Below are positions 28,281 through 35,985 of a stretch of 64,000 bases of DNA, in pieces; position 1 is the first letter of the stretch, and the number at the start of each line of letters is the position of its first letter. Under the pieces are notes generated by a model. The model saw only the letters and a program-made list of their open reading frames with translations, was not told the DNA's origin and did not search any database. The translations under genes were made by a program, and so were the position numbers. Source of the DNA: Bacteroidota bacterium (GTDB lineage Bacteria; Bacteroidota; Bacteroidia; Flavobacteriales; Schleiferiaceae); the NCBI GenBank assembly GCA_016868755.1, contig VGFU01000004.1:21110-85109 (forward strand). The letters run 5' to 3'.

Positions 28281-29179
28281 GGAAGGTTCCAGCGTTCCCA
28301 GCTAAGGTACGCGACGTTTTCAGCACCAAATCCTTGATAAAACCGGGCCAATCCGGGAGCGCTGCTGCCTTCAAAATCAACGACGGACCAGCGCCCCACT
28401 GCCATGGTGAGAAATTCATTAATAAGCCACGTCATCGACTGCCGCTCCCGGCCTTCCTCCGTTACCGCACTGAACAAAAGCACCGCTCGGTTGCCCGAAA
28501 AGGCCACGAACATTCCCGCCAACCACTGATTTCCGGGACCGATGGCGGCCCACACGGCACCCCGTCCTTGGTGCAGCAAATGGTACATGGCCGACTTCAT
28601 GGACTGTTCATAACCAGCAGGTACCCGGTACTTTGTTCCCTGGTTCTGCGCGAAGTAGTTCCAAAGCTCTTCGGGATTGCTGTATTCCCAGAGTTGGTTT
28701 TCAAACGACGATTTAAGATTTTTGCGTGTTTGGCTCGAAAATCCGCGATAGAGTACTTCGTAGCTCGTACCAAGTCGGAGTTCATAATTCGGTTCAGATC
28801 GCCAACGCTCCCAACCGCCGCCGCGCCAGTGCCAGCTGCGATCTTCAGGCCACGACTGGGGGCGCGAAAACCGCAACCGCAACCTTAGAAAGCGGGGCAA
28901 CGCATCGAGGGCGGACCGAAGCGATTCCGCATCCCCAGCTAAGTCCCCGATCGGACCAAGCCGCTGCGCGCCCAACGGGCAAAATGCTTGCGGGTACCCC
29001 AGCTTGCTCCGCCCAACGGCAAACGGTAGAATGAACGAATCTCCTTCTATGGCGCACCACGTGACACCCAACGAATCGAGGTACTCGATTCGATCGTAGG
29101 GGAACGGTTCCGCCGCATATCGGTACGCAGCGTCCCATTTGGCCCCATCGGGGTTTGACGTCACCCAAAATCGACTCAT
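28265..29179 (-). CDS. FemAB/GNAT-like acyltransferase-fold protein (tentative)
   Basis: 304 aa. The C-terminal half (AGMFVAFSGNRAVLLFSAVTEEGRERQSMTWLINEFL) resembles the Acetyltransf_6/FemAB-like pattern. The call is from memory only. Confidence 0.45.
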   Translation of the reverse strand: MSRFWVTSNPDGAKWDAAYRYAAEPFPYDRIEYLDSLGVTWCAIEGDSFILPFAVGRSKLGYPQAFCPLGAQRLGPIGDLAGDAESLRSALDALPRFLRLRLRFSRPQSWPEDRSWHWRGGGWERWRSEPNYELRLGTSYEVLYRGFSSQTRKNLKSSFENQLWEYSNPEELWNYFAQNQGTKYRVPAGYEQSMKSAMYHLLHQGRGAVWAAIGPGNQWLAGMFVAFSGNRAVLLFSAVTEEGRERQSMTWLINEFLTMAVGRWSVVDFEGSSAPGLARFYQGFGAENVAYLSWERWNLPWPLR

Positions 29180-30318
29180 GACGGCCGTTCGTTTAGCCAG
29201 CGTTCGAGACCCTCCCGCCAGGTTGAAAAATCTTTAGCATTGCGTTCCGCTGCCGGACGGGGTCCGAAAATCCGCCAGTGCGTACCCACCCGAAGCCCCG
29301 AACCCACCGACCAGGCGGCCCGCTCCAACCTGTGAAGCGTTTGAGCGACTTCTTCGGGAGCGAGGTGGATGAGGTTTTGATCCATTACGGCAACCGGTAC
29401 GCTCCAAAGGTTCTCGTTGCGTGGAAACGGATTGGCCCACCCCGACCGGAATCCGGGGGTATCGGCAAATTCATCCGACCAATCTTCGCGCACGCCCAAT
29501 TCGGTCAAGGACTGAAGTTGCGGCAGCGAACCGGCGTTTCGCAGAAAGTGGAACCGCTGACGCAGCGTTGGCACCCCTAATATCTGATCTACGTATCCGA
29601 TTTCGGTGCGGAATCCCCCACTGCGATCGTGGCTTCCGTACGACAAATGAGCTCCAACCTCAAACCGCATTCCCAACTGCTTTATCGCGGCGCGGACCGC
29701 CTCAGAATCAGGACGCACTCCTCGATCATAGGTGCCTTGCTCAACGGCCAGGAGAACAAAAAACTGAAGCGTGCCCTGCGGAAACCGTGATGCCCACTTC
29801 GCCCAATAAGCGCTGCTGTAAAACGGATCCGGACCGTTCACGCGTTCCGCAACCGCCCGCCAGTCGCCGCGAAGCACATCGCGAACGGCTCCACCAACTG
29901 CGGACCTCCATCCCCTGCCCCGGTAGGCGAACAGATGATCGATGTCTACGACAACCGTGGGACTCGGCTTTCCTTTCAGCGGTAGCGAAACCCCGTATGC
30001 TTCGGCGAGTTCAATCGCCCGAAGCTCCGCCTCGGGGATCATCACGTCGCGCATAGCCGAGCGTCCCATCGGTCGCCCATGTCCGTCCTTTTCGAGCGTT
30101 AACTCCCAGTACTCCGTCCGCCACAAAATCCACGCGAAGGCATCTTCAAACCTAGGCTCATGGGTTCCGGGAGCCTCCAACCAACCGGAATCGACCCAGG
30201 ACTGGGCTTCGGGGCTGACGCCAAACGACACCGACACGCCCCAAGCTGCGCTGAGCAGCTGCGCCACGCGCTGGTGCGCGATGCCAGGACGCGCATGCCG
30301 AAACACCACGTAGCTCAC
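29176..30318 (-). CDS. hypothetical protein, possibly polysaccharide-deacetylase (CE4)-like
   Basis: 380 aa. The pattern VVVDIDHLFAY ... HLSYGSH ... LRQRFHFL ... GFRSGWANPF is reminiscent of divergent CE4/DUF7033 proteins. Weak call. Confidence 0.35.
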   Translation of the reverse strand: MSYVVFRHARPGIAHQRVAQLLSAAWGVSVSFGVSPEAQSWVDSGWLEAPGTHEPRFEDAFAWILWRTEYWELTLEKDGHGRPMGRSAMRDVMIPEAELRAIELAEAYGVSLPLKGKPSPTVVVDIDHLFAYRGRGWRSAVGGAVRDVLRGDWRAVAERVNGPDPFYSSAYWAKWASRFPQGTLQFFVLLAVEQGTYDRGVRPDSEAVRAAIKQLGMRFEVGAHLSYGSHDRSGGFRTEIGYVDQILGVPTLRQRFHFLRNAGSLPQLQSLTELGVREDWSDEFADTPGFRSGWANPFPRNENLWSVPVAVMDQNLIHLAPEEVAQTLHRLERAAWSVGSGLRVGTHWRIFGPRPAAERNAKDFSTWREGLERWLNERPS

Positions 30319-31376
30319 CGCTTAAGAATTTGGAGGCCCTCAGCCAGTGATTGAAGCATCTTCTCCGCCGCATGCCCGTCGCCGTACAGGTCCGGTGGCG
30401 CTGCTGCACCCTGCGCTTCCCACGCAGCGAATTGGCGCGTTACGGAGCCCAATAAATCCGGCGTATCGGGATCGATCAATGCCGCCCATCCGTGGTCAAC
30501 TAATTCGGTCCATTCCGTTTCGCGGCGCAGGACGACACAACGTTTGCCCGCAAAAAATGCCTCTTTCTGCAGGCCGCCCGAATCCGTAATTACCCATTGC
30601 GATTCGTGTAAGGCCTTGAGCATTGCTTCGCGTCCGAGGGGCGGACAATCTGGAATGTGCTTCGTCCCAATGCCCGCGGCTCGATGGCGCGGATGCCGGG
30701 GCCAAAGCACCTCGTAGGACGCACCCAGAGCATCCATAGCCGCTTCGATACGGTGAAGGCGCTGGGGCTCGTCCACGTTGGTGTTGCGGTGAACCGTGAC
30801 CAGTATTCGGCCTTTGGGATCGCGAGTGCCTGTGCAATCCGGAAACGCATCGCGCATTAAATCACCGGTAACGATCGTCCACGGGGCGCCGCGATCAAGC
30901 TGCTCGCGCTTGATTTGTTCGAGTGCCCCAGCGGTCGGAGCCCAGAGCCAATTTGCCCGTTCGTCCACCCAAATTCGGTTGTGCTCCTCGGGCATAAGCG
31001 AATTAAAGCTTCGCAGCCCCGCTTCCGCATGAGCAAAAGGCAATCCCAGTTCTTGTGCCGCTTGGGCTCCGAGAACTGTGGAGTCCGTGTCGCCGTACAC
31101 AACTACGGCATCAACAGAAGCTTGCTCCAGGGCCAATTGAAGGGCAGCTGCATCGGCCCTACGATCGGACCAGACTCCCTGATAATCCGGGCGGAACCCC
31201 AATTCAGCCCAAAATGAATCGTTCATTGCTGCATCGTAGTGCTGCCCGGTGTGCGCCACCCAATTTTGCCCACCAGCTCGCGAAATGGCCTCCACGAGGG
31301 GCTTCAATTTCACAAACTGGGGCCGTGCACCAACGACGTGGCCAATGCGGTACGGGGCTAAGGTTAAGGCATCCAT
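30315..31376 (-). CDS. wecB: UDP-N-acetylglucosamine 2-epimerase family protein
   Basis: GARPQFVKLKPLVEAI, HTGQHYD, GDTDSTV, HAEAGLRSF, PEEHNR, TDSGGLQKEA, YGDGHAAEKM. Confidence 0.85.
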   Translation of the reverse strand: MDALTLAPYRIGHVVGARPQFVKLKPLVEAISRAGGQNWVAHTGQHYDAAMNDSFWAELGFRPDYQGVWSDRRADAAALQLALEQASVDAVVVYGDTDSTVLGAQAAQELGLPFAHAEAGLRSFNSLMPEEHNRIWVDERANWLWAPTAGALEQIKREQLDRGAPWTIVTGDLMRDAFPDCTGTRDPKGRILVTVHRNTNVDEPQRLHRIEAAMDALGASYEVLWPRHPRHRAAGIGTKHIPDCPPLGREAMLKALHESQWVITDSGGLQKEAFFAGKRCVVLRRETEWTELVDHGWAALIDPDTPDLLGSVTRQFAAWEAQGAAAPPDLYGDGHAAEKMLQSLAEGLQILKR

Positions 31377-32065
31377 CCTCGATCCGCAAAACTAACGTAT
31401 TGGTTCTCGCCAATGATCAAATGATCCAAACACGATAGTTCCAAAATCCGAGCCCCCTCCACAAGGCGCTGCGTCAACCTTCGATCCTCGTCCGACGGCT
31501 CAAGGCGACCGCTCGGATGGTTGTGCGCCACCACCATCGATGGCGTTCGCAATGCCAAGGCACGCTGATACACCACCCGAACATCTGCCGACGTGGCCGT
31601 CCACCCGCCTTGACCCACACATTCGTAGTGGACCACCTTGTTGGCCCGACTCAAATAAACGACCCAAAATTGCTCGTGGTCGAGCGAAGACAAGCGCGGA
31701 TTCAGTAGCTGAAACACATCGTGGGACCCTCGAACGACCTGCTCAGAGCCCGATTGATCGCTCGCCGATCTTCGACCTAGCTCGAAGGCTGCCGCAACCG
31801 CTGCGGCCTTGGCCAAACCGACTCCAGATATACCCTGAAGGCTGAGTACGTCCGCTCGCGCCAGACGACTGAGGCTCCCCTCGTGCTGCGCCAGCACACT
31901 TCGCGCCAAATCCAAGGCCGATTGGGCTCGAGTTCCCGATCGCAATACCAGTGCAAGGCACTCGGCAGCCGTCATGCCGCGAATACCGTTAGCCATAGCC
32001 CGTTCCCGCGGGCGCTCTTCTTCGGACCATGTGCGAATAGAGGTTGTTGAAAATGCATCATTCAT
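31364..32065 (-). CDS. radC: RadC-family JAB-domain protein
   Basis: RPRERAMANGIRGMTAAECLALVLRSGT ... VAHNHPSG ... PSDEDRRLT. Internal ATG chosen. Confidence 0.85.
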   Translation of the reverse strand: MNDAFSTTSIRTWSEEERPRERAMANGIRGMTAAECLALVLRSGTRAQSALDLARSVLAQHEGSLSRLARADVLSLQGISGVGLAKAAAVAAAFELGRRSASDQSGSEQVVRGSHDVFQLLNPRLSSLDHEQFWVVYLSRANKVVHYECVGQGGWTATSADVRVVYQRALALRTPSMVVAHNHPSGRLEPSDEDRRLTQRLVEGARILELSCLDHLIIGENQYVSFADRGWMP

Positions 32066-32168
32066 GAGGTAAACCTCGTGCAGAAGCTGCCCAGCAGTCG
32101 TCACTAAACGCAAGTTGGCGTTTAAAACGGATCAACGGCGACCAACGCCTCAAGCAACATCCGCAAAC

Positions 32169-32195
32169 AAAAAAACCGCCCCTCTCGGGGCGGTT
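32169..32195 (-). terminator. rho-independent terminator after rpsT
   Basis: Minus strand reads AACCGCCCC-GAGA-GGGGCGGTT followed by T7. Confidence 0.65.
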
Positions 32196-32223
32196 CCAAA
32201 CAACCAATCTCAACGTAACGGAG

Positions 32224-32478
32224 TTACGCTAACTTATTTACGTGCTTCGTAAGACTAGACTTCAAATTTGAAGCCTTATTCTTGTGAATGATGTTGCGCT
32301 TCGCAAGCTTGTCTAGCATTGAAGCCACCAAGGGAAGCTGGGCAGCAGCGGCTGCAGCATCCGTAACGGCACGGAGGGCGCGAACCGCATTGCGGGTCGT
32401 CTTGTGAAAGTACTTGTTGTGGGCGCGCTTGGCCTGGATTTGGCGAATGCGCTTCAACGCAGATTTATGGTTAGCCAT
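32224..32478 (-). CDS. rpsT: 30S ribosomal protein S20
   Basis: [33 protein letters not shown]. Confidence 0.95.
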   Translation of the reverse strand: MANHKSALKRIRQIQAKRAHNKYFHKTTRNAVRALRAVTDAAAAAAQLPLVASMLDKLAKRNIIHKNKASNLKSSLTKHVNKLA

Positions 32479-32501
32479 GATTAGCTAGTTTTTGTTGTTT
32501 G

Positions 32502-32575
32502 TGACCCGTACGGGATTCGAACCCGTGATCTTCTCCGTGAAAGGGAGATGTCCTGAACCGCTAGACGAACGGGCC
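32502..32575 (-). tRNA. tRNA-Glu (anticodon UUC)
   Basis: Minus strand reads GGCCCGTTCGTCTAGCGGTTCAGGACATCTCCCTTTCACGGAGAAGATCACGGGTTCGAATCCCGTACGGGTCA. It folds into a cloverleaf with acceptor GGCCCGT/ACGGGTC, anticodon loop CTTTCAC and T-arm CACGGGTTCGAATCCCGT. No encoded CCA. Confidence 0.9.
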
Positions 32576-32592
32576 CCTATGTTTTGGGAGCG

Positions 32593-32600
32593 CAAAGATA
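32593..32600 (-). promoter_or_regulatory. -7 box TATCTTTG about 17 nt upstream of tRNA-Glu
   Basis: Exact TAnnTTTG match on the minus strand. Confidence 0.45.
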
Positions 32601-32642
32601 TAAAATTTCGCAGTTCACTCCAACTCTCCAAAAAGAAATCGA

Positions 32643-33311
32643 TTAACCCCCGGGACGAAATCCAAGTCGCTTACCGGTGCGCTGCCTCAATTCTTCGCGA
32701 ATCCCTTCGAGCGCCAGCACCGACACCTCCTGAATCGCTTCAAATGGAGCAGCTTGCAAATCAAAGTCCATCGCCGTCACCATCAGGCGGTACAGCCATG
32801 CCCGCAAATCGTCGGCGCAAACTTCAGACTCCTTCAAGGGCAAATTCAACGGCCCTACCCCCTCGACAAAGTGATGCCCAGCAGCGTTGACAAAAAACCG
32901 ACTGACGAGGGTTCCAACGTCATTGAGCCGCCGCATCCGAAACGAGTCCGACAAAAAATTATACACGTGAATCAGGCCATAATACGCCCGGTTCGGATCA
33001 GCCTTTACGTAGGATGACGCGAGCACGGGATGACCCGAAGGCAGCAAAAACGCATTAGTATGCACCTGAAAAACAAGCGAATCGCCCGAAAAACGAATCT
33101 CGAATTCAAACTCACCGCGGTCCACAAATTCTACGACCACCGACCGGTCAATTCCGACCATTTTGCTGTTGAGCTCGACGGCCACCGACTGGACCACGAT
33201 CCGCAGCTCGGCAAACGCCGACAGCACCCGCCGATGCACCAACTGCTTGTTGCTCGATTTGGTCGCAAGGGTTTGCAAAATCAAGTCGGGACTGGCTTCT
33301 GGCTTTTTCAT
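32643..33311 (-). CDS. hypothetical protein translationally coupled to proS
   Basis: 222 aa from the internal ATG (MKKPEASPD...). Its ATG shares one base with the proS stop (TGATG). No recognisable motif. Confidence 0.6.
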   Translation of the reverse strand: MKKPEASPDLILQTLATKSSNKQLVHRRVLSAFAELRIVVQSVAVELNSKMVGIDRSVVVEFVDRGEFEFEIRFSGDSLVFQVHTNAFLLPSGHPVLASSYVKADPNRAYYGLIHVYNFLSDSFRMRRLNDVGTLVSRFFVNAAGHHFVEGVGPLNLPLKESEVCADDLRAWLYRLMVTAMDFDLQAAPFEAIQEVSVLALEGIREELRQRTGKRLGFRPGG

Positions 33312-34783
33312 CAGTAGGCGCGTGCAAAGAGAACCCGTTGCGTCGAGGGGGTGCCGGTAAGCACACAAACCCCCGCCTCTTGGGCGTTGTTCAGCGGAAT
33401 GCAGCGAATCGTCGCCTTCGTGAGCTCCTTGATGCGCTCCTCGGTTTCGGGCGTGCCGTCCCAGTGCGCGGACACAAATCCGCCCGCGTCGAGCCCCGCC
33501 TCAAACTCGCTCCACGAGTTCACAACGTGCATGTTCGCCTCGCGGTGCGCGAGCGCACGGTCGTACAACGCTTTCTGAATCTCGGCTAAGCGCTGGGGCA
33601 TCGAGGCTGCAAGACCCTCCAATGGCACCGAATCCTTAGTAAGCGTGTCGCGGCGAGCAAGCTCAACGACCCCGTTTGCGAGGTCGCGCGGACCAATGGC
33701 GATGCGCACCGGTACGCCCTTGAGCTCGTACTCGTTGAACTTCCAGCCCGGCTTGTACGTGTCGCGGTCGTCGTACTTCACCCGGATTCCCTGGGCGCGC
33801 AGGTCGGCAACCAACTGCTTCGCCACGACCGAAATAGCATCGAGCTCGTCTTCTCCGCGGTAAATCGGAACAATAACCACCTGAATGGGCGCCAACTTGG
33901 GAGGAAGCACCAACCCGTTGTCGTCGGAGTGCGTCATGACCAGCGCTCCCATCAAACGCGTCGACACGCCCCACGACGTCGCCCACACGTGCTTGACCTC
34001 GCCGTCGCGATCCTGGAACTTCACGTCAAACGCCTTGGCAAAATTCTGCCCTAAAAAGTGCGAGGTTCCGGCCTGAAGTGCCTTGCCGTCCTGCATCAAT
34101 GCTTCAATGCAGTACGTCTCCAACGCGCCCGCAAACCGCTCGTTGGCCGTTTTGATCCCACGAACCACCGGAATGGCCAGTACGTTTTCGGCAAATTCGG
34201 CGTATACCTCGAGCATTTGCTCCGCCTCGGCAATCGCCTCTTCGCGGGTCGCGTGCGCGGTGTGTCCCTCCTGCCAGAGAAATTCCGCCGTGCGCAAAAA
34301 CAAGCGGGTGCGCATCTCCCAACGCACCACATTGGCCCATTGATTCACCAAAATGGGGAGGTCGCGGTAGCTCTGCACCCATCCGCGGTACGTATCCCAA
34401 ATAATGGTCTCCGACGTGGGGCGCACGATGAGCTCCTCCTCGAGCTTGGCGTCTTCGTCGACCACTACACCCTTGCCGTCCGGAGCCGTTTTTAAGCGGT
34501 AGTGAGTAACCACGGCACATTCCTTGGCAAAACCTTCCACGTGGTCGGCTTCCTTGCTGAAGTAGCTCTTGGGAATAAACAGCGGAAAATACGCGTTAAC
34601 GTGCCCCGTTTCCTTGAACCGACGGTCGAGTTCTGCCTGCATTCCCTCCCAAATGGCGTAGCCGTGCGGCTTGATGACCATGCATCCGCGCACCCCTGAG
34701 TTATCTGCCAAGTCAGCCTGCACGACGAGTTCATTGTACCATTTGCTGTAGTCGGTGCCTCGAGGCGTCAGGTTCTTTGCCAT
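33311..34783 (-). CDS. proS: proline--tRNA ligase (archaeal/eukaryote-like type)
   Basis: 490 aa. Contains [35 protein letters not shown] and class II motifs. Confidence 0.95.
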   Translation of the reverse strand: MAKNLTPRGTDYSKWYNELVVQADLADNSGVRGCMVIKPHGYAIWEGMQAELDRRFKETGHVNAYFPLFIPKSYFSKEADHVEGFAKECAVVTHYRLKTAPDGKGVVVDEDAKLEEELIVRPTSETIIWDTYRGWVQSYRDLPILVNQWANVVRWEMRTRLFLRTAEFLWQEGHTAHATREEAIAEAEQMLEVYAEFAENVLAIPVVRGIKTANERFAGALETYCIEALMQDGKALQAGTSHFLGQNFAKAFDVKFQDRDGEVKHVWATSWGVSTRLMGALVMTHSDDNGLVLPPKLAPIQVVIVPIYRGEDELDAISVVAKQLVADLRAQGIRVKYDDRDTYKPGWKFNEYELKGVPVRIAIGPRDLANGVVELARRDTLTKDSVPLEGLAASMPQRLAEIQKALYDRALAHREANMHVVNSWSEFEAGLDAGGFVSAHWDGTPETEERIKELTKATIRCIPLNNAQEAGVCVLTGTPSTQRVLFARAY

Positions 34784-34822
34784 ACTTTGGTATGCAATTT
34801 GGGTTCGTTACGAAGTGAACCC

Positions 34823-34830
34823 CAAAAGTA
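34823..34830 (-). promoter_or_regulatory. -7 box TACTTTTG for proS (39 nt before ATG)
   Basis: Exact TAnnTTTG match on the minus strand. Confidence 0.4.
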
Positions 34831-34836
34831 CGGCCG

Positions 34837-35973
34837 ATGCGCTACCTCCTACTCTTTGCTCCCCTTGGCTTTTTGATGTCTTCGTGCGGAACCTCACAGG
34901 TCGCCTTTGAGGACTACGACGGCTCCTATTCGTGGTCGAATTCCCAGGCCTACCGCGAAGGCTACGAATCTGGGTACCAACAAGGCTACCACGAAGGGGC
35001 CGACGATCAAGCCGCTGAAGTGGGGCAGGCTGGCCGCTCCGATCGTGCGAACCGCACCCGAACCATCGTTCGCTACGAGTACTACCCCACTTACTACTAC
35101 CACTGGAGCCAGCCCTGGATGGGGCACCCAGCTTACGGGTACTACGGCGGATGGAACTTGCCCAACCGATGGAATGGCTGGAACCGCGGCTACGGCTGGA
35201 ACGACCCGTGGTACGGCGGCTACGGCTGGAACGACCCGTGGTACGGGGGTTACGGCTGTAACAACCCTTGGGGCTGGGACCCCTACAACGCCTACGGCGG
35301 ATACTACGGGTACGGCGGATACTACGGGTATGGCGGATACTACGGGTACGGCGGATACGGAAGCCCCTGGGGCTACAATCCGTACTACGGCTACCGTCGC
35401 TACGACCGCTGGAACCGTCCCGGCGGCGGTTGGTCGCAGCCCGGAGGTGGCGGCAGCGGCGGCAATGGCGGCAATGGCGGCGGAACCGTCGACCCCACTC
35501 CCGACGACGGTTTGCGCCGTCAGCAAATCAACGCCAGCCCCACGCCCTACCGTCGGCCGGTGGTAACCAACAATCCCGGGGGTGGAAGCGTCGCTTCCCC
35601 GCGACCCGGAGCGAGTCCCTCAGAGCGGTCTGCGGAACCTGCCCCGAATCGTCCCTCGCGCGGAACGCAACCCGGCACCCTAGCCGAACCCGCGCCCACG
35701 CGGCCCAATCCGCCTGCAAGCCGCACGGCACCCCAGGTACCGCAGTCCCGCCAGCCTGAGGTTCAGCGCCCGGTGCGCGTGCCCAGCCATTCTGAGGGAC
35801 GAGCCGAACTCCGTGCACCCGAAGGCCGAAGCCATTCTGATACTCGCGGAGGTTCTGATTCGCGAGGCGGTTTTGAAGCGCGCCCCAGCCAGCCAGCCCC
35901 GCAGCGCAGCATGCCAAGTGCCGCTCCCTCTGCTCCACGCGGCGGCGGAAGCCCTAGCGTACGCCGACCTTAA
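34837..35973 (+). CDS. low-complexity Gly/Tyr/Trp/Asn-rich repeat lipoprotein with Pro/Arg/Ser-rich basic tail
   Basis: Lipobox LGFLMSSC. The core reads GWNDPWYGGYGWNDPWYGGYGCNNPWGWDPYNAYGGYYGYGGYYGYGGYYGYGGYG. It is followed by a GGGSGGNGGNGGG stretch and a P/R/S/A-rich tail of about 170 aa with RGG-like motifs. The chosen frame is the only one with a signal peptide. Confidence 0.7.
   Translation: MRYLLLFAPLGFLMSSCGTSQVAFEDYDGSYSWSNSQAYREGYESGYQQGYHEGADDQAAEVGQAGRSDRANRTRTIVRYEYYPTYYYHWSQPWMGHPAYGYYGGWNLPNRWNGWNRGYGWNDPWYGGYGWNDPWYGGYGCNNPWGWDPYNAYGGYYGYGGYYGYGGYYGYGGYGSPWGYNPYYGYRRYDRWNRPGGGWSQPGGGGSGGNGGNGGGTVDPTPDDGLRRQQINASPTPYRRPVVTNNPGGGSVASPRPGASPSERSAEPAPNRPSRGTQPGTLAEPAPTRPNPPASRTAPQVPQSRQPEVQRPVRVPSHSEGRAELRAPEGRSHSDTRGGSDSRGGFEARPSQPAPQRSMPSAAPSAPRGGGSPSVRRP
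35188..35358 (+). repeat. in-frame tandem repeats: 30-nt unit x about 3 (35188-35277) and 18-nt unit x about 3.5 (35293-35358)
   Basis: ggctacggctggaacgacccgtggtacggc is repeated head to tail (the third copy is degenerate). tacggcggatactacggg is repeated 3 times plus a partial copy. Confidence 0.85.
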
Positions 35974-35985
35974 ACCGTACTTCTT

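Noticed and set aside
35188-35358. Short direct repeats that could be mistaken for a CRISPR array or a non-coding satellite.
   Set aside because: The units are contiguous with no spacers. They are multiples of 3 nt, in frame, and encode the GYGWNDPWYG and YGGYYG peptide repeats.
34894-35566. Two more long ORFs over the repeat lipoprotein gene: 34894-35526 on the minus strand and 34907-35566 in another plus frame.
   Set aside because: They are by-products of the low-complexity repeat, which keeps several frames open. Only the 34837 frame has a signal peptide with a lipobox and continues to the next gene boundary.
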